Of a stretch of DNA of 64,000 nucleotides, positions 10,758 to 19,871 are shown piece by piece. A program made the position numbers and the translations under genes. Each line of letters begins with the position of its first letter. Positions within the stretch are counted from its first letter, which is position 1. The notes below the pieces were generated by a model. The model ran no database searches, was not told where the DNA came from, and worked only from the letters and a program-made list of their open reading frames with translations. The DNA is from an uncultured bacterium (lineage in GTDB: Bacteria; Patescibacteriota; JACMRA01): contig OY969926.1 of NCBI GenBank assembly GCA_963704645.1, forward strand, positions 704,001 to 768,000. Direction: 5' to 3'.

Positions 10758-10784
10758 CAATCGCCTTCGGGCGATTTGTTTTTC
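10758..10784 (+). terminator. Intrinsic terminator
   Basis: AATCGCC-TTCG-GGCGATT followed by TGTTTTT. Confidence 0.8.
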
Positions 10785-11054
10785 GGCTTTAAAATAATTT
10801 TCAATTTATCATGCTTATGTCAATAGTTTAAGTTACTTTAAAAAAAGAGGCGCACAGCCAGAAAGTGTTTAGTCATTATCTCAAATGCAAACAAGCACAT
10901 TGTAGAATATTGAAATTAGGTTGTTGTAGAGTCATCTTTCAGTTGATGGAATAACTTAATTAAACTTATTAAAATGTACTACGACCAGCTACAGGTTAAT
11001 ATTAAAGATTTTTCAGAATTATTTTTATATAAGAAATTTATCCACTAACTGTGG

Positions 11055-11195
11055 TTACTTGTAGTTCAAGGATTTATTTTGCTGTTCTTGGCTGGTTTTC
11101 AATAAAATGTTGATGTATACAACATAATATCCTCCAAGAATTACAACTAAACCAATTACTACTAAAATAAAATTAATTACGTCCTGCTTCCTCAT
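11055..11195 (-). CDS. 46-aa single-TM small protein
   Basis: Hand-translated MRKQDVINFILVVIGLVVILGGYYVVYINILLKTSQEQQNKSLNYK; divergent from the exonuclease. Confidence 0.5.
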   Translation of the reverse strand: MRKQDVINFILVVIGLVVILGGYYVVYINILLKTSQEQQNKSLNYK

Positions 11196-11251
11196 AAAAA
11201 ATGGTTAGATTTGCCTTCTTAAGTTAATTATTATACTCTTCAAATACACAT

Positions 11252-11845
11252 ATGTCAAAAAATGCTAAATATTTAATATTAGATACAGAAGCCACTGGAT
11301 TACACCCGCATTTAAGTTGCTTGCTTGAAGTAGGAATAATTATTACAGACCAAGAATTAAACATTTTAGATAAAAAAGTTTGGGAGATTCAGCCTGAAGA
11401 AAACGCTTTTATAGACCCAGAAGCTATGAAAGTTAATAATATAGATTTAAATAAAAGGCCAGATGCAATTTCGCAATTAGTTTTTTGCCAAGAATTCTAT
11501 ACGTTTTTAAATAAATATTTTATTGAACCGCCAATTGTAGTAGCTCAATTTTACCCTTTTGATTACGCTTATTTAGATACAACTTTTGTAAAAAATTCTT
11601 TCGGTTCAAGGTTAGCACGTGAAATGTTGGGGAATAATTTTATTGATACAAAGGCTTTGGCGTATTATTTCAACTTAAAAGCTGAACGGGCTGGTACAGA
11701 GCCACCATTTCCTATAACTTCACTTTCTAAAGATGGTGGTTTAGCTGATAAATTAGGCATTTCTAGGCTTAAAGCCCATACAGCTTTAGGAGATTGTGAG
11801 GCAACTTTGGAGGTTTTAAAAGCCTACTTAAAAGGCAATATTTAG
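11252..11845 (+). CDS. DEDDh 3'-5' exonuclease (DnaQ-like)
   Basis: LDTEATGL, FDYAYL, IDT, HTALGD. Confidence 0.9.
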   Translation: MSKNAKYLILDTEATGLHPHLSCLLEVGIIITDQELNILDKKVWEIQPEENAFIDPEAMKVNNIDLNKRPDAISQLVFCQEFYTFLNKYFIEPPIVVAQFYPFDYAYLDTTFVKNSFGSRLAREMLGNNFIDTKALAYYFNLKAERAGTEPPFPITSLSKDGGLADKLGISRLKAHTALGDCEATLEVLKAYLKGNI

Positions 11846-11915
11846 CATACTTGCTTGACAAAAAGCTAACTTCCTTTTAGCTTCGGCCTAATTACTTAGA
11901 AAGGGGGTGATATGA

Positions 11916-12221
11916 ATGGCTAAAAGTACAACTCAAAAAATGAACCGCACAGAATTGGTAGATTCCATCTCCATGAATCTTGGCGTTTCCAAAGCTCAAG
12001 GTGAAAAATTCTTGAACACTTTTGTTAGCGTGGTTACTGACTCTTTGGCTAAAGGAATTGAAGTTAACATTACTGGCTTCGGCGTTTTCCGTAAGGTCAC
12101 CCGCAGTCCTAGAAAAGGTGTTAACCCTAAAACTAGAGAACCAATGCAAATTGCTGCTTCCACTAGTGTAGCTTACAAAGTAGGTAAAACCTTAAAAGAA
12201 GCTGTTAAATCAGGAAAGTAG
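11916..12221 (+). CDS. hup: DNA-binding protein HU
   Basis: MNRTELV, ITGFGVF, RKGVNPKTRE, KVGKTLKEAV. Confidence 0.95.
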   Translation: MAKSTTQKMNRTELVDSISMNLGVSKAQGEKFLNTFVSVVTDSLAKGIEVNITGFGVFRKVTRSPRKGVNPKTREPMQIAASTSVAYKVGKTLKEAVKSGK

Positions 12222-12352
12222 TTTTTTATAAACTCACACTTTGATAACTAGGCCACCCTTCGGGGTGGTTTGGTATTGGGCGAAATTAAGAGATGGTAAT
12301 CAATTATACTGTGGAGTTTCAATTCCCAGTCCGTTATAGATCAATTGGGAGT

Positions 12353-12383
12353 AACTGTCACCCTGAACTTGTTTCAGGGTCTA
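12353..12383 (+). repeat. Palindromic REP/MITE-like element, TGTC family, copy 2
   Basis: Identical 31 nt to 4333-4363; flanks also resemble those of the 47601 copy. Confidence 0.85.
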
Positions 12384-12512
12384 AGTGGGGCAATACTCAA
12401 AAACTTTTTATAAATTGCTCAAAAAGAGGCTATCTTTGTGCAATACAAAAGATATAGCAATTCGAAAGGTGGTCTTTTTTCTGAATGAAATATGAAAGAT
12501 GCTGTGAATTTA

Positions 12513-13649
12513 TTATTTTTGAATACTCTTTTTAAACAATTCATCATATTTCCCAGCCATACTTTCCAGCTGAAAATTATTTAAAACAGTTTTCCTAATT
12601 TCTTGTTTAACTCCAGAACTTTGCCAGTAATCAATATTTTTTATAAATTCCTGAATTTGTTTTAGCAAAGATTGAACATCGTCTAAAATATGAACAAGTT
12701 TTTTCTCTAGAATGTTTTCTTGTAAACTTTTTAATTCTAAAAACACGTCTAAATTGGAACACAAAACCGGCACTCCGCGTTCCCAGCTTTCGGCTACAAC
12801 TAAACCGAAACTTTCACGTCTGCTTGGAAAAACAAACAAATCTAAGTTGTTGTAAAAATTAAGGGTGGGGGAAACGAAGCCTTCCCACAAAATGTTAGTA
12901 TTTGAGTTGAACTGTAAATCTCTCTCCAAAGCCTTCAAGCTCTCTAAATACTCTCCTTCACCCGCCAAATGCACAATTAGTTTTTTGTTCACCTCCAATT
13001 TACTTAAAGCTTTTAGTAAAACGTCTGCACCTTTTTCTTCGTGCATTCTTCCTAAAAACCCAATGTGAATTTCCTCTCGGTTACTCCAATTCGCAATATC
13101 AAGATTAGAAACAGGAATTCCGTGATGAATTACACTGCTGTTTTTAGCTATTTCTCCATCTTTACTCCATTCGGCTTTTTGGGCTTCAGACATAAAAACC
13201 ACAGGATATTTCTTCCACATCCATTTTAAAATTGGCAGAAGTGGGCTTTTTTGAATAGATTTTGGAAAACGGTTGTTCTGAATAATAAAAACCATGGGTT
13301 TATTCCACAAAATTCTTACGAAAGGAAGAACGAAAAATAATTCTGTGAATGATGTTGGGGAAACAATAATGTCAGCCTCTTTAAACTCGTTTCTAAACTT
13401 AAAAACATGTAGTAGCCCTAAAATAAAGCTAAAAGGGCTTAGAAGTAGGTTTTTTACTGTTACAGGTTCGAATCCAGCTGAAGCTAGGGTGGCTTTCATT
13501 CCTAATTTTTCAAAAACTTTGTACAAAGCCAAACTTCCACCTAAAAAACTATGTTCATGCTGCGGAAGGTTGGTAACCAAATTTTCAATAAATTTTTCTC
13601 CACCTCCGTAATTGCTTTTTAAAGGGGAAGAAACGTACAGGATGTTCAT
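12513..13649 (-). CDS. Glycosyltransferase family 4
   Basis: YGGGE, GRMHEEKG, PSRRESFGLVVAE. Confidence 0.92.
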   Translation of the reverse strand: MNILYVSSPLKSNYGGGEKFIENLVTNLPQHEHSFLGGSLALYKVFEKLGMKATLASAGFEPVTVKNLLLSPFSFILGLLHVFKFRNEFKEADIIVSPTSFTELFFVLPFVRILWNKPMVFIIQNNRFPKSIQKSPLLPILKWMWKKYPVVFMSEAQKAEWSKDGEIAKNSSVIHHGIPVSNLDIANWSNREEIHIGFLGRMHEEKGADVLLKALSKLEVNKKLIVHLAGEGEYLESLKALERDLQFNSNTNILWEGFVSPTLNFYNNLDLFVFPSRRESFGLVVAESWERGVPVLCSNLDVFLELKSLQENILEKKLVHILDDVQSLLKQIQEFIKNIDYWQSSGVKQEIRKTVLNNFQLESMAGKYDELFKKSIQK

Positions 13650-13773
13650 GGTTTAAGACTTTGAATATTTGGATTTTTAGTAAAGGGTGATTTGATTCTG
13701 GTATTCCAATAAATTTGGGCATGAAATAAAGCTGGGGTTTCCAGCTTGGTATATTTGAATTAGATAATAGTAT

Positions 13774-14112
13774 TTACACTACAAAACCATTAACCTCGGA
13801 GGTAGAGAGAATACAATCTCTAAAATCAGTTTCAGAAGTATAATCATTTGATAGAGTTCCAACAACTACACGAACCGCCTGGCCTTTTTTAGGCTTGTCA
13901 AAAGTAAGGTCTACCGCAAAAAAATAGACATTGCCATCTATTTGTTCTGGCTCGGCGAGATAATATCTTTCAAGCCAGACTCCTGCTCCATCAGGCTTAG
14001 AATCAAGATCAATTTCAAGTGTTGTTTCTTTTGTGACAGATGCTATCAGATTATTTGATCGAAATGAAATGGGCTGAGCTGAAACATTTATTGTTAAAAT
14101 ATTTCCGGGCAT
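13774..14112 (-). CDS. Orphan cassette protein (~112 aa)
   Basis: The ORF-track TTG at 14187 is the promoter -35 box; GGAG precedes ATG 14112; terminator hairpin at ~13728-13748. Confidence 0.55.
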   Translation of the reverse strand: MPGNILTINVSAQPISFRSNNLIASVTKETTLEIDLDSKPDGAGVWLERYYLAEPEQIDGNVYFFAVDLTFDKPKKGQAVRVVVGTLSNDYTSETDFRDCILSTSEVNGFVV

Positions 14113-14227
14113 TTTTTTGTAATTCTCCAAATAAATTTGTTTGCTTTTATACATTTCTTTTAAAGCACAATAATAATTTAATTGCAAGATTTTATGCTTT
14201 TGTGGATTCCAATGTTGGCTCGTAAAC

Positions 14228-14294
14228 TGCGCCGCTACTGGAACGGTGAGCGTTCCCCTACGTGTGGTGATGGCGCCGCGGTCGCCGCCGCTAC
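14228..14294 (-). repeat. Cluster of three GTAG-tagged REP-like palindromes
   Basis: Minus strand GTAGCGGCGGCGACCGCGGCGCC, GTAGGGGAACGCTCACCGTTCC, GTAGCGGCGCA; GC-rich island in AT-rich DNA. Confidence 0.6.
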
Positions 14295-14389
14295 GATTTT
14301 ATGTAAAAATTCTTTGTGAGGGTTGTTTTATTTAGAGGTTTGTGAATTTGTTTGACACGGCATGTTTAGCATGTTAACCTTTAACAATT

Positions 14390-16021
14390 ATGGTATTTTG
14401 GCGCAGATTTGAGAAAAACAAAATTGAAAGATCTATTCATGGTGAAAAATTTGATAAATACATGTATGTTATTAATAACACGGCAGTTCTAAAACTGATT
14501 TATGGAATTGGTATAATTACTTGGCTAATTGCGTTGTATGGCCATATTTTATTCTTGAATTTGAACATACTTTATCGGTTCATTTTTGGTCCTTTTATTT
14601 TTATTTTAAGCTGTTATTATCTAATAATATATTCAATAAACTTTTTTTATAAAACCCCAGACTTAAATTATCATAAAAAACTGGTTAATTTTTTTACTTC
14701 AAACAAATCTAATGCTCCAAGTGTTGATATATTTTTACCAGTTTGCGGCGAAAGCATGCAAATTATTAATAGAACTTGGCTTAGCGTAAGTAATATTAAT
14801 TATCCAAATTACCAGGTTTATGTGCTTGATGATAAGGGGGGGAATAGAGCTGGAGAACTTAGCTAAAGAATATGGTTTTAAATATTTATCCAGACCGAAT
14901 AAAGGGGAGATGAAAAAAGCAGGAAATTTGAAATATGGATTTGAAAGAAGTGAAGGGGAGTACATTGTGGTTTTTGACGCCGATTTTGCTCCGTTGCAGA
15001 ATTTTTAAATGAAACAGTTCCGTACATGACATTGGATAAAAATATTGGTATTTTGCAAACTCCGCAGTATTTTGAAATTCACAAAAACTTGCATAAAAAA
15101 AGTTGGTTGGAATATGGTGCAGCGGCTACTCAGGAAGATTTTTATAGAATTATTCAAGTGGCTAGAAATTCATTTGGGGCGGCAATTTGTGTAGGAACTA
15201 ACGCAGTTTATAGACGATCCAGTTTAGATAAATTTGGGGGTACCTATCAAATTGAACATTCAGAAGACGTGTGGACGGGAGTAATGATGCTGCAAAATAA
15301 ATTTAAGATAAAGTATATTCCATATATTCTTGCCCAAGGTTATTGCCCAGATGATTTTGTATCATTCTTCAAGCAACAATACAGATGGTGTAAAGGAAGT
15401 ATGAGCTTACTGTTTAGTACAACTTTTTGGAAACTTAAAATACCTTTTCAAACTAGACTTTCATACATTTCAGGTTTTCTTTATTATATTCATGCTGCTT
15501 TTCCTTCATTCTTATCAATAATTGGTTTTGTAGCCTTAGCATTTCATTTTGATAATATAACTATACTTTACTCTCTTCCCTTTCTTCCCTTTTTAATTTT
15601 TTCTTTATTTGTTCTCCCACTAATTAGATTGCATAAAACTAAAATTGGAATTTATGTAGCAAGCTTTGCCGCTCTTAGTGCCTATACACTTGCTTTATTC
15701 CACACTATTTTTAAAATTAATATGTCGTGGCAGCCCACAGGGCAAAGAAACCAGAGTAATTATTGGTTCAATTTTGTATATGTATTTAATGCAATTTTTA
15801 TTGGATCTTATTTATTTGCCATTGGTATATTTTTCGCTCAAGGTAAGATTGTTTTAAGTGATTATAAGTATTATGGAATATTAATTTGGATGGTGTATAA
15901 CATTATAATATTTAATTTGTATCTATTCGTAGCAGGGAAAGATGCCTATCTAAAAAATATTAAGATTGAATTGCCAGTGAGTATTTCCAAAGTGACAACT
16001 TCATTTCGGCAGCTGTTTTAG
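14390..16021 (+). pseudogene. Processive GT2 (cellulose synthase-like) glycosyltransferase, broken by two homopolymer frameshifts
   Basis: Three ORF pieces carry VLDD, KAGNL, FDADF, QTPQ, SEDV, QYRW in order; G7 at 14836-14842 and T5 at 15002-15006. Confidence 0.85.
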
Positions 16022-16112
16022 GCGTGGTGTTTAGTTGTTTGAGAGTGTAGATAGGGCGGGGTTTGTCGTGTTGCCTGTGGCGACGCAACATTGCTGCTGC
16101 GAATTTCCTTGA

Positions 16113-16150
16113 AAACAAAAAAACTCCCTGAAATGGGGTTAATTTTATTG
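16113..16150. repeat. 38-bp direct repeat of tRNA-Arg(CCT) 3' end and terminator
   Basis: AAACAAAAAAACTCCCTGAAATGGGGTTAATTTTATTG identical to 16931-16968. Confidence 0.85.
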
Positions 16151-16278
16151 ATGGTGTTTGTTCCTTTCGGGTTTGGCTGATGCAAAAAACTTTGTATCTG
16201 AAAAAAAGATGTGATGGAGAATAGAATTAAATAATTTACCCAACAAAAAAGCTGTTTTCCCAGCTGATAATTAAAGTT

Positions 16279-16785
16279 CTACACATACTGAGCGGTAGAA
16301 AAGGAACCATGAGTGATTCCAATTATTTTTGGATTACAACTACCATTAAGATGATAACACTTCCTTTTAATATTGTAACGAAAACGTTTCCACTTCCGGC
16401 TATATTTGTAGAAAAGGATATGACAATTTTTAGGTGTAAAACACGTTCCCCACAAAGCAACAATTGTTGCAGTAACGGAAAACTGGTGCGAATACACTGG
16501 CCAACCATCATCGTGGGTCGGGTGTCCGAACAAAGCCCGTACAGAGCCTCCAATAGTTGGATTAGAAGCCAATTCTAAAGGTAGACTAATTCCAAAAAGC
16601 GAAAAATCAAACAAACTTGACGAACTGCAATCAAATCTAATGACCTTACTATTTTTTAAATAAAAACTAGGATCTCCATCGCCGTAATAAGGTGCATTAT
16701 TAATGTTCAGATCGATCAATAGAATTTGATTAGGGTGAATTGTACCATTAATGTCTGGTGCTTCAACTAAAATTGCTGCATACAT
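16279..16785 (-). CDS. Orphan cassette protein
   Basis: 168-aa ORF with GAGG before ATG, promoter motif at 16865-16837 and terminator at ~16244-16267. Confidence 0.55.
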   Translation of the reverse strand: MYAAILVEAPDINGTIHPNQILLIDLNINNAPYYGDGDPSFYLKNSKVIRFDCSSSSLFDFSLFGISLPLELASNPTIGGSVRALFGHPTHDDGWPVYSHQFSVTATIVALWGTCFTPKNCHILFYKYSRKWKRFRYNIKRKCYHLNGSCNPKIIGITHGSFSTAQYV

Positions 16786-16966
16786 GGGTTTTCCCTCAGT
16801 TTTTATAAATTCAATAAGTAGCTTTTAAGCTCTTTAATATAAGCACAGAAATATACTTTATGCAAGAGTTAGTTGTATTTTTCAAACCACAAATGGTGAT
16901 ACACGCTAGTCGCTACAAATTCCCTCCAAGAAACAAAAAAACTCCCTGAAATGGGGTTAATTTTAT

Positions 16967-17043
16967 TGGTGGTCTCGGCGCGACTTGAACGCACAACCTT
17001 TTCCTTAGGACGGAACTGCTCTATCCAATTGAGCTACGAAACC
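16967..17043 (-). tRNA. tRNA-Arg(CCT)
   Basis: GGTTTCG/CGAGACC acceptor stem, anticodon loop GTCCTAA, GTTCAAGT T-loop, CCA. Confidence 0.88.
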
Positions 17044-17153
17044 ATAATTTAAGCAAGATAATAAATTTTGAAACGGTCAAATTAGCTGTGTCTTTCTTGC
17101 CTGAACATATTAGAAAATACACCTATATCTTTATATTTTTGTGAATGTACTTA

Positions 17154-17184
17154 ACTTAGACCCTGAAACAAGTTCTGGGTGCAG
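17154..17184 (-). repeat. TGTC-family palindromic element, degenerate copy 3
   Basis: ACTTAGACCCTGAAACAAGTTCTGGGTGCAG is the reverse complement of the family with 2 changes. Confidence 0.75.
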
Positions 17185-17265
17185 TACTTGGAATGCGCCT
17201 GCTTTGAATTTAGCTTGAAATTTAAAACATTTGACTGAATATAAATCTTAATTATAGCTATATGT

Positions 17266-18495
17266 ATGAACTATCCAGCAGATAAAATAAGAAACATTGC
17301 TATTATTGCACACGTTGACCATGGTAAAACTACTTTAATGGACGGTCTTATTCGTCAGACACTTGAAATTAGAAATGTAGAAAGCCTTGGAGATTTAATT
17401 ATGGATTCCATGGATCAGGAGCACGAACGTGGAATTACAATTAAAGCTAAAAACGCTAGTATTTATTATAAAGAATACAAATTAAACATTGTAGATACCC
17501 CTGGTCACGCCGATTTTGGTGGAGAAGTAGAAAGAGGACTTAGAATGGTAGACGGTGTTGTTTTGCTTGTAGATGCACAAGAAGGTCCAATGCCTCAAAC
17601 TAAGTTTGTACTTAAAAAAGCTATTCACCTTGGTTTAAAAGTTGTAGTAATTGTAAACAAAGTAGACAAGCCTGCAGCTGATCCTAAAAAAGCTTTGTCT
17701 AAAGTTGAAGATTTGTTCCTAGATTTGGGTGCCTCTGACGAACAAATGAATTTTCCAATTGTTTATGCTAGCGGTGTACAAGGTAAAGCTGGTAAATCTC
17801 CAGATAAATTAGAAGATAACCTATTTGGTTTATTAGATGTAATAATTGATAATGTCCCAGCTCCAACAGTGGCTCATCAAGATGTAACCGACGTTAATCC
17901 ACTTCAAATTATGGCTTTGGCTTTAAGCTATGATAACTTTAAGGGTAAAATTGCTGCTGGTAAAATTCTTTCTGGTAAAATTACTAAGAACATGCCAATT
18001 TCAGTTATTAAAGAAGATAGTACTGTAAAAGGAAGAGTTACAAGTCTACTTGTTTTTGATGGACTTAATATTAAAGAAATTGAAGAGGCTTCAGCTGGTG
18101 AAATTGTTATGGTTGCAGGTGTTGATACAATTCAAATTGGTGATACAATTACAACTGCAGAATTCAACCAGGCTCTTCCAAGAATTAAAGTTGACGAACC
18201 TACAATTAGAATGACTTTTGGCGTAAATACTTCACCTTTTGCTGGAAAAGAAGGAAAACTTGGAACTTCCAGACAAATTAGAGAAAGACTTTACAAAGAG
18301 TTAGAAACTAACGTAGCTTTACGTGTTTCCGACCATCCAGAATCTGCAGACAAATTTGTAGTTTCCGGTAGGGGTGAGCTTCATCTTGCTGTTTTAATTG
18401 AAACCATGAGAAGGGAAGGTTTTGAACTTGAAGTTTCCCGTCCTGAAGTTATTATGAAAACTAAGGAAGAGGTAGAAGCTATGGAAGCAGCGTAG
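17266..18495 (+). CDS. typA: TypA/BipA GTPase, N-terminal part (domains G, II, III)
   Basis: IAHVDHGKTT, ERGITI, DTPGHADFGGEVER, NKVD, GRGELHL; ends SRPEVIMK plus a short novel tail. Confidence 0.93.
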   Translation: MNYPADKIRNIAIIAHVDHGKTTLMDGLIRQTLEIRNVESLGDLIMDSMDQEHERGITIKAKNASIYYKEYKLNIVDTPGHADFGGEVERGLRMVDGVVLLVDAQEGPMPQTKFVLKKAIHLGLKVVVIVNKVDKPAADPKKALSKVEDLFLDLGASDEQMNFPIVYASGVQGKAGKSPDKLEDNLFGLLDVIIDNVPAPTVAHQDVTDVNPLQIMALALSYDNFKGKIAAGKILSGKITKNMPISVIKEDSTVKGRVTSLLVFDGLNIKEIEEASAGEIVMVAGVDTIQIGDTITTAEFNQALPRIKVDEPTIRMTFGVNTSPFAGKEGKLGTSRQIRERLYKELETNVALRVSDHPESADKFVVSGRGELHLAVLIETMRREGFELEVSRPEVIMKTKEEVEAMEAA

Positions 18496-18543
18496 AAAAA
18501 CTTCATGTAAAAAGAAAAGCCCCAGAAATGGGGTTATATTTAA

Positions 18544-19038
18544 TTAAAATAATGGTGAAAAATCTAAAGATTCTTGTTGATAGCAATATACCTTATTCGG
18601 TAATTTGTGAAAATCAATGGTAGGGTCTTCGCCAACTAGTCTTATATCTGGGACAAAGATAATAGTTTTTTCCAGCTCAATTAATACTCCGTACCTTGTA
18701 ATGAAACTGCTCTCCGACTCAGCTGTTTGGGGAGCTTTTAATAATGTAGAGCTCCAAGCAACAACTGTTTTATCTTTACTATTGTGTGTGGCAAAAAAGT
18801 CTATATATTTTACATTTCCAATTTTTGCCAATCCCATGATTGCATTGTATTCTGGGTGAATAGAATTTCTATGGTGTCTAATGATATTCATTATACTTAA
18901 AATTCTATCTTGAGCGAATACAAGCATGTGGTAATCTTTTGATAAAACAATATCCTTACTTGCTGCGCTATTTATATATATAAGATCTAGCTGTCCATCT
19001 GTTAACTCACTTTGCCAATCTATTTTAATGTGGCTCAT
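18544..19038 (-). CDS. Orphan protein inserted between the typA halves
   Basis: GGAG then ATG at 19038; shared terminator AAAAGCCCCAGAAATGGGGTT at ~18516-18536. Confidence 0.6.
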   Translation of the reverse strand: MSHIKIDWQSELTDGQLDLIYINSAASKDIVLSKDYHMLVFAQDRILSIMNIIRHHRNSIHPEYNAIMGLAKIGNVKYIDFFATHNSKDKTVVAWSSTLLKAPQTAESESSFITRYGVLIELEKTIIFVPDIRLVGEDPTIDFHKLPNKVYCYQQESLDFSPLF

Positions 19039-19076
19039 TGATTTCTCCAAATGATAATCAAATTTGTTCGAATAAT

Positions 19077-19100
19077 GGAGATGGCAAGCATCTCCGCTAC
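19077..19100 (-). repeat. GTAG-tagged REP-like palindrome
   Basis: GTAGCGGAGATGCTTGCCATCTCC, 22/24 identical to 56042-56065. Confidence 0.7.
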
Positions 19101-19178
19101 ACTAGAATAATTGTAAATTTTTAGTAGTTTTGGCAAATATTTGACTTGAAATGAAAAAATTGAGTTGATTTATTTAAT

Positions 19179-19814
19179 ATGAGTCAGATGTATGAACCTT
19201 TTGAATTAGTAGAAATAGACGTACCTTTAGATTACCAAGGCGTTGTTCTACAAGAGCTTGGCAAACGAAGTGCCGAGATTTTACAAATTAACCCAAACGA
19301 GTCTGGAACCGAAATTCATTTTGAGGCTAAAATGGCCACACGTGCTTTAATTGGTTTAAAAAGTTATCTTTTAACTTCCACTAAAGGAACCGTAGTTATT
19401 AACTCTGTATTCGATGAATATAAGCCAACAATTCAATTAACCGTAACAAAAGATCACGGTAGCTTAATTTCTATGGAAAGCGGCACTACAATGGCTTATT
19501 CCTTAAATAATGCCCAAGAACGTGGAACATTGTTCATAGGCGCCGCTGTAGACGTTTACGCAGGTATGGTTATTGGCGAAACTTCTAAAAATGAAGATTT
19601 GGAATTGAACCCAACTAAAGGTAAGCAGTTAAGCAACGTTCGTTCTAAAAGTAGTGATGACGCTTTAACCTTAACTCCACCAAGAGAAATGGGTCTTGAA
19701 AATGCTTTAGAATATATTGGAGACGACGAACTTGTAGAGGTAACTCCAATCAATATTCGTATTAGAAAAAAGTATTTAGATCCTAACGACAGAAAGAGGA
19801 ACAAAGCTAGGTAG
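19179..19814 (+). CDS. typA: TypA/BipA, C-terminal part (domain V + CTD)
   Basis: EPFELVEIDVP, AQERGTLFI, VYAGMVIG, KQLSNVRS, LENALEYIGDDELVEVTP..IRIRK. Confidence 0.93.
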   Translation: MSQMYEPFELVEIDVPLDYQGVVLQELGKRSAEILQINPNESGTEIHFEAKMATRALIGLKSYLLTSTKGTVVINSVFDEYKPTIQLTVTKDHGSLISMESGTTMAYSLNNAQERGTLFIGAAVDVYAGMVIGETSKNEDLELNPTKGKQLSNVRSKSSDDALTLTPPREMGLENALEYIGDDELVEVTPINIRIRKKYLDPNDRKRNKAR

Positions 19815-19871
19815 TAAGACTTAATTTAGTATAGCATTGGCGACCATTTTGGTCGTTTTTTTTATTCCAGA

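Noticed and set aside
18496-19178. Intron or intein interrupting typA
   Set aside because: No group I/II structure or intein termini; the N-half has its own tail, stop and terminator, and the inserted ORF is antisense with no nuclease or RT motifs
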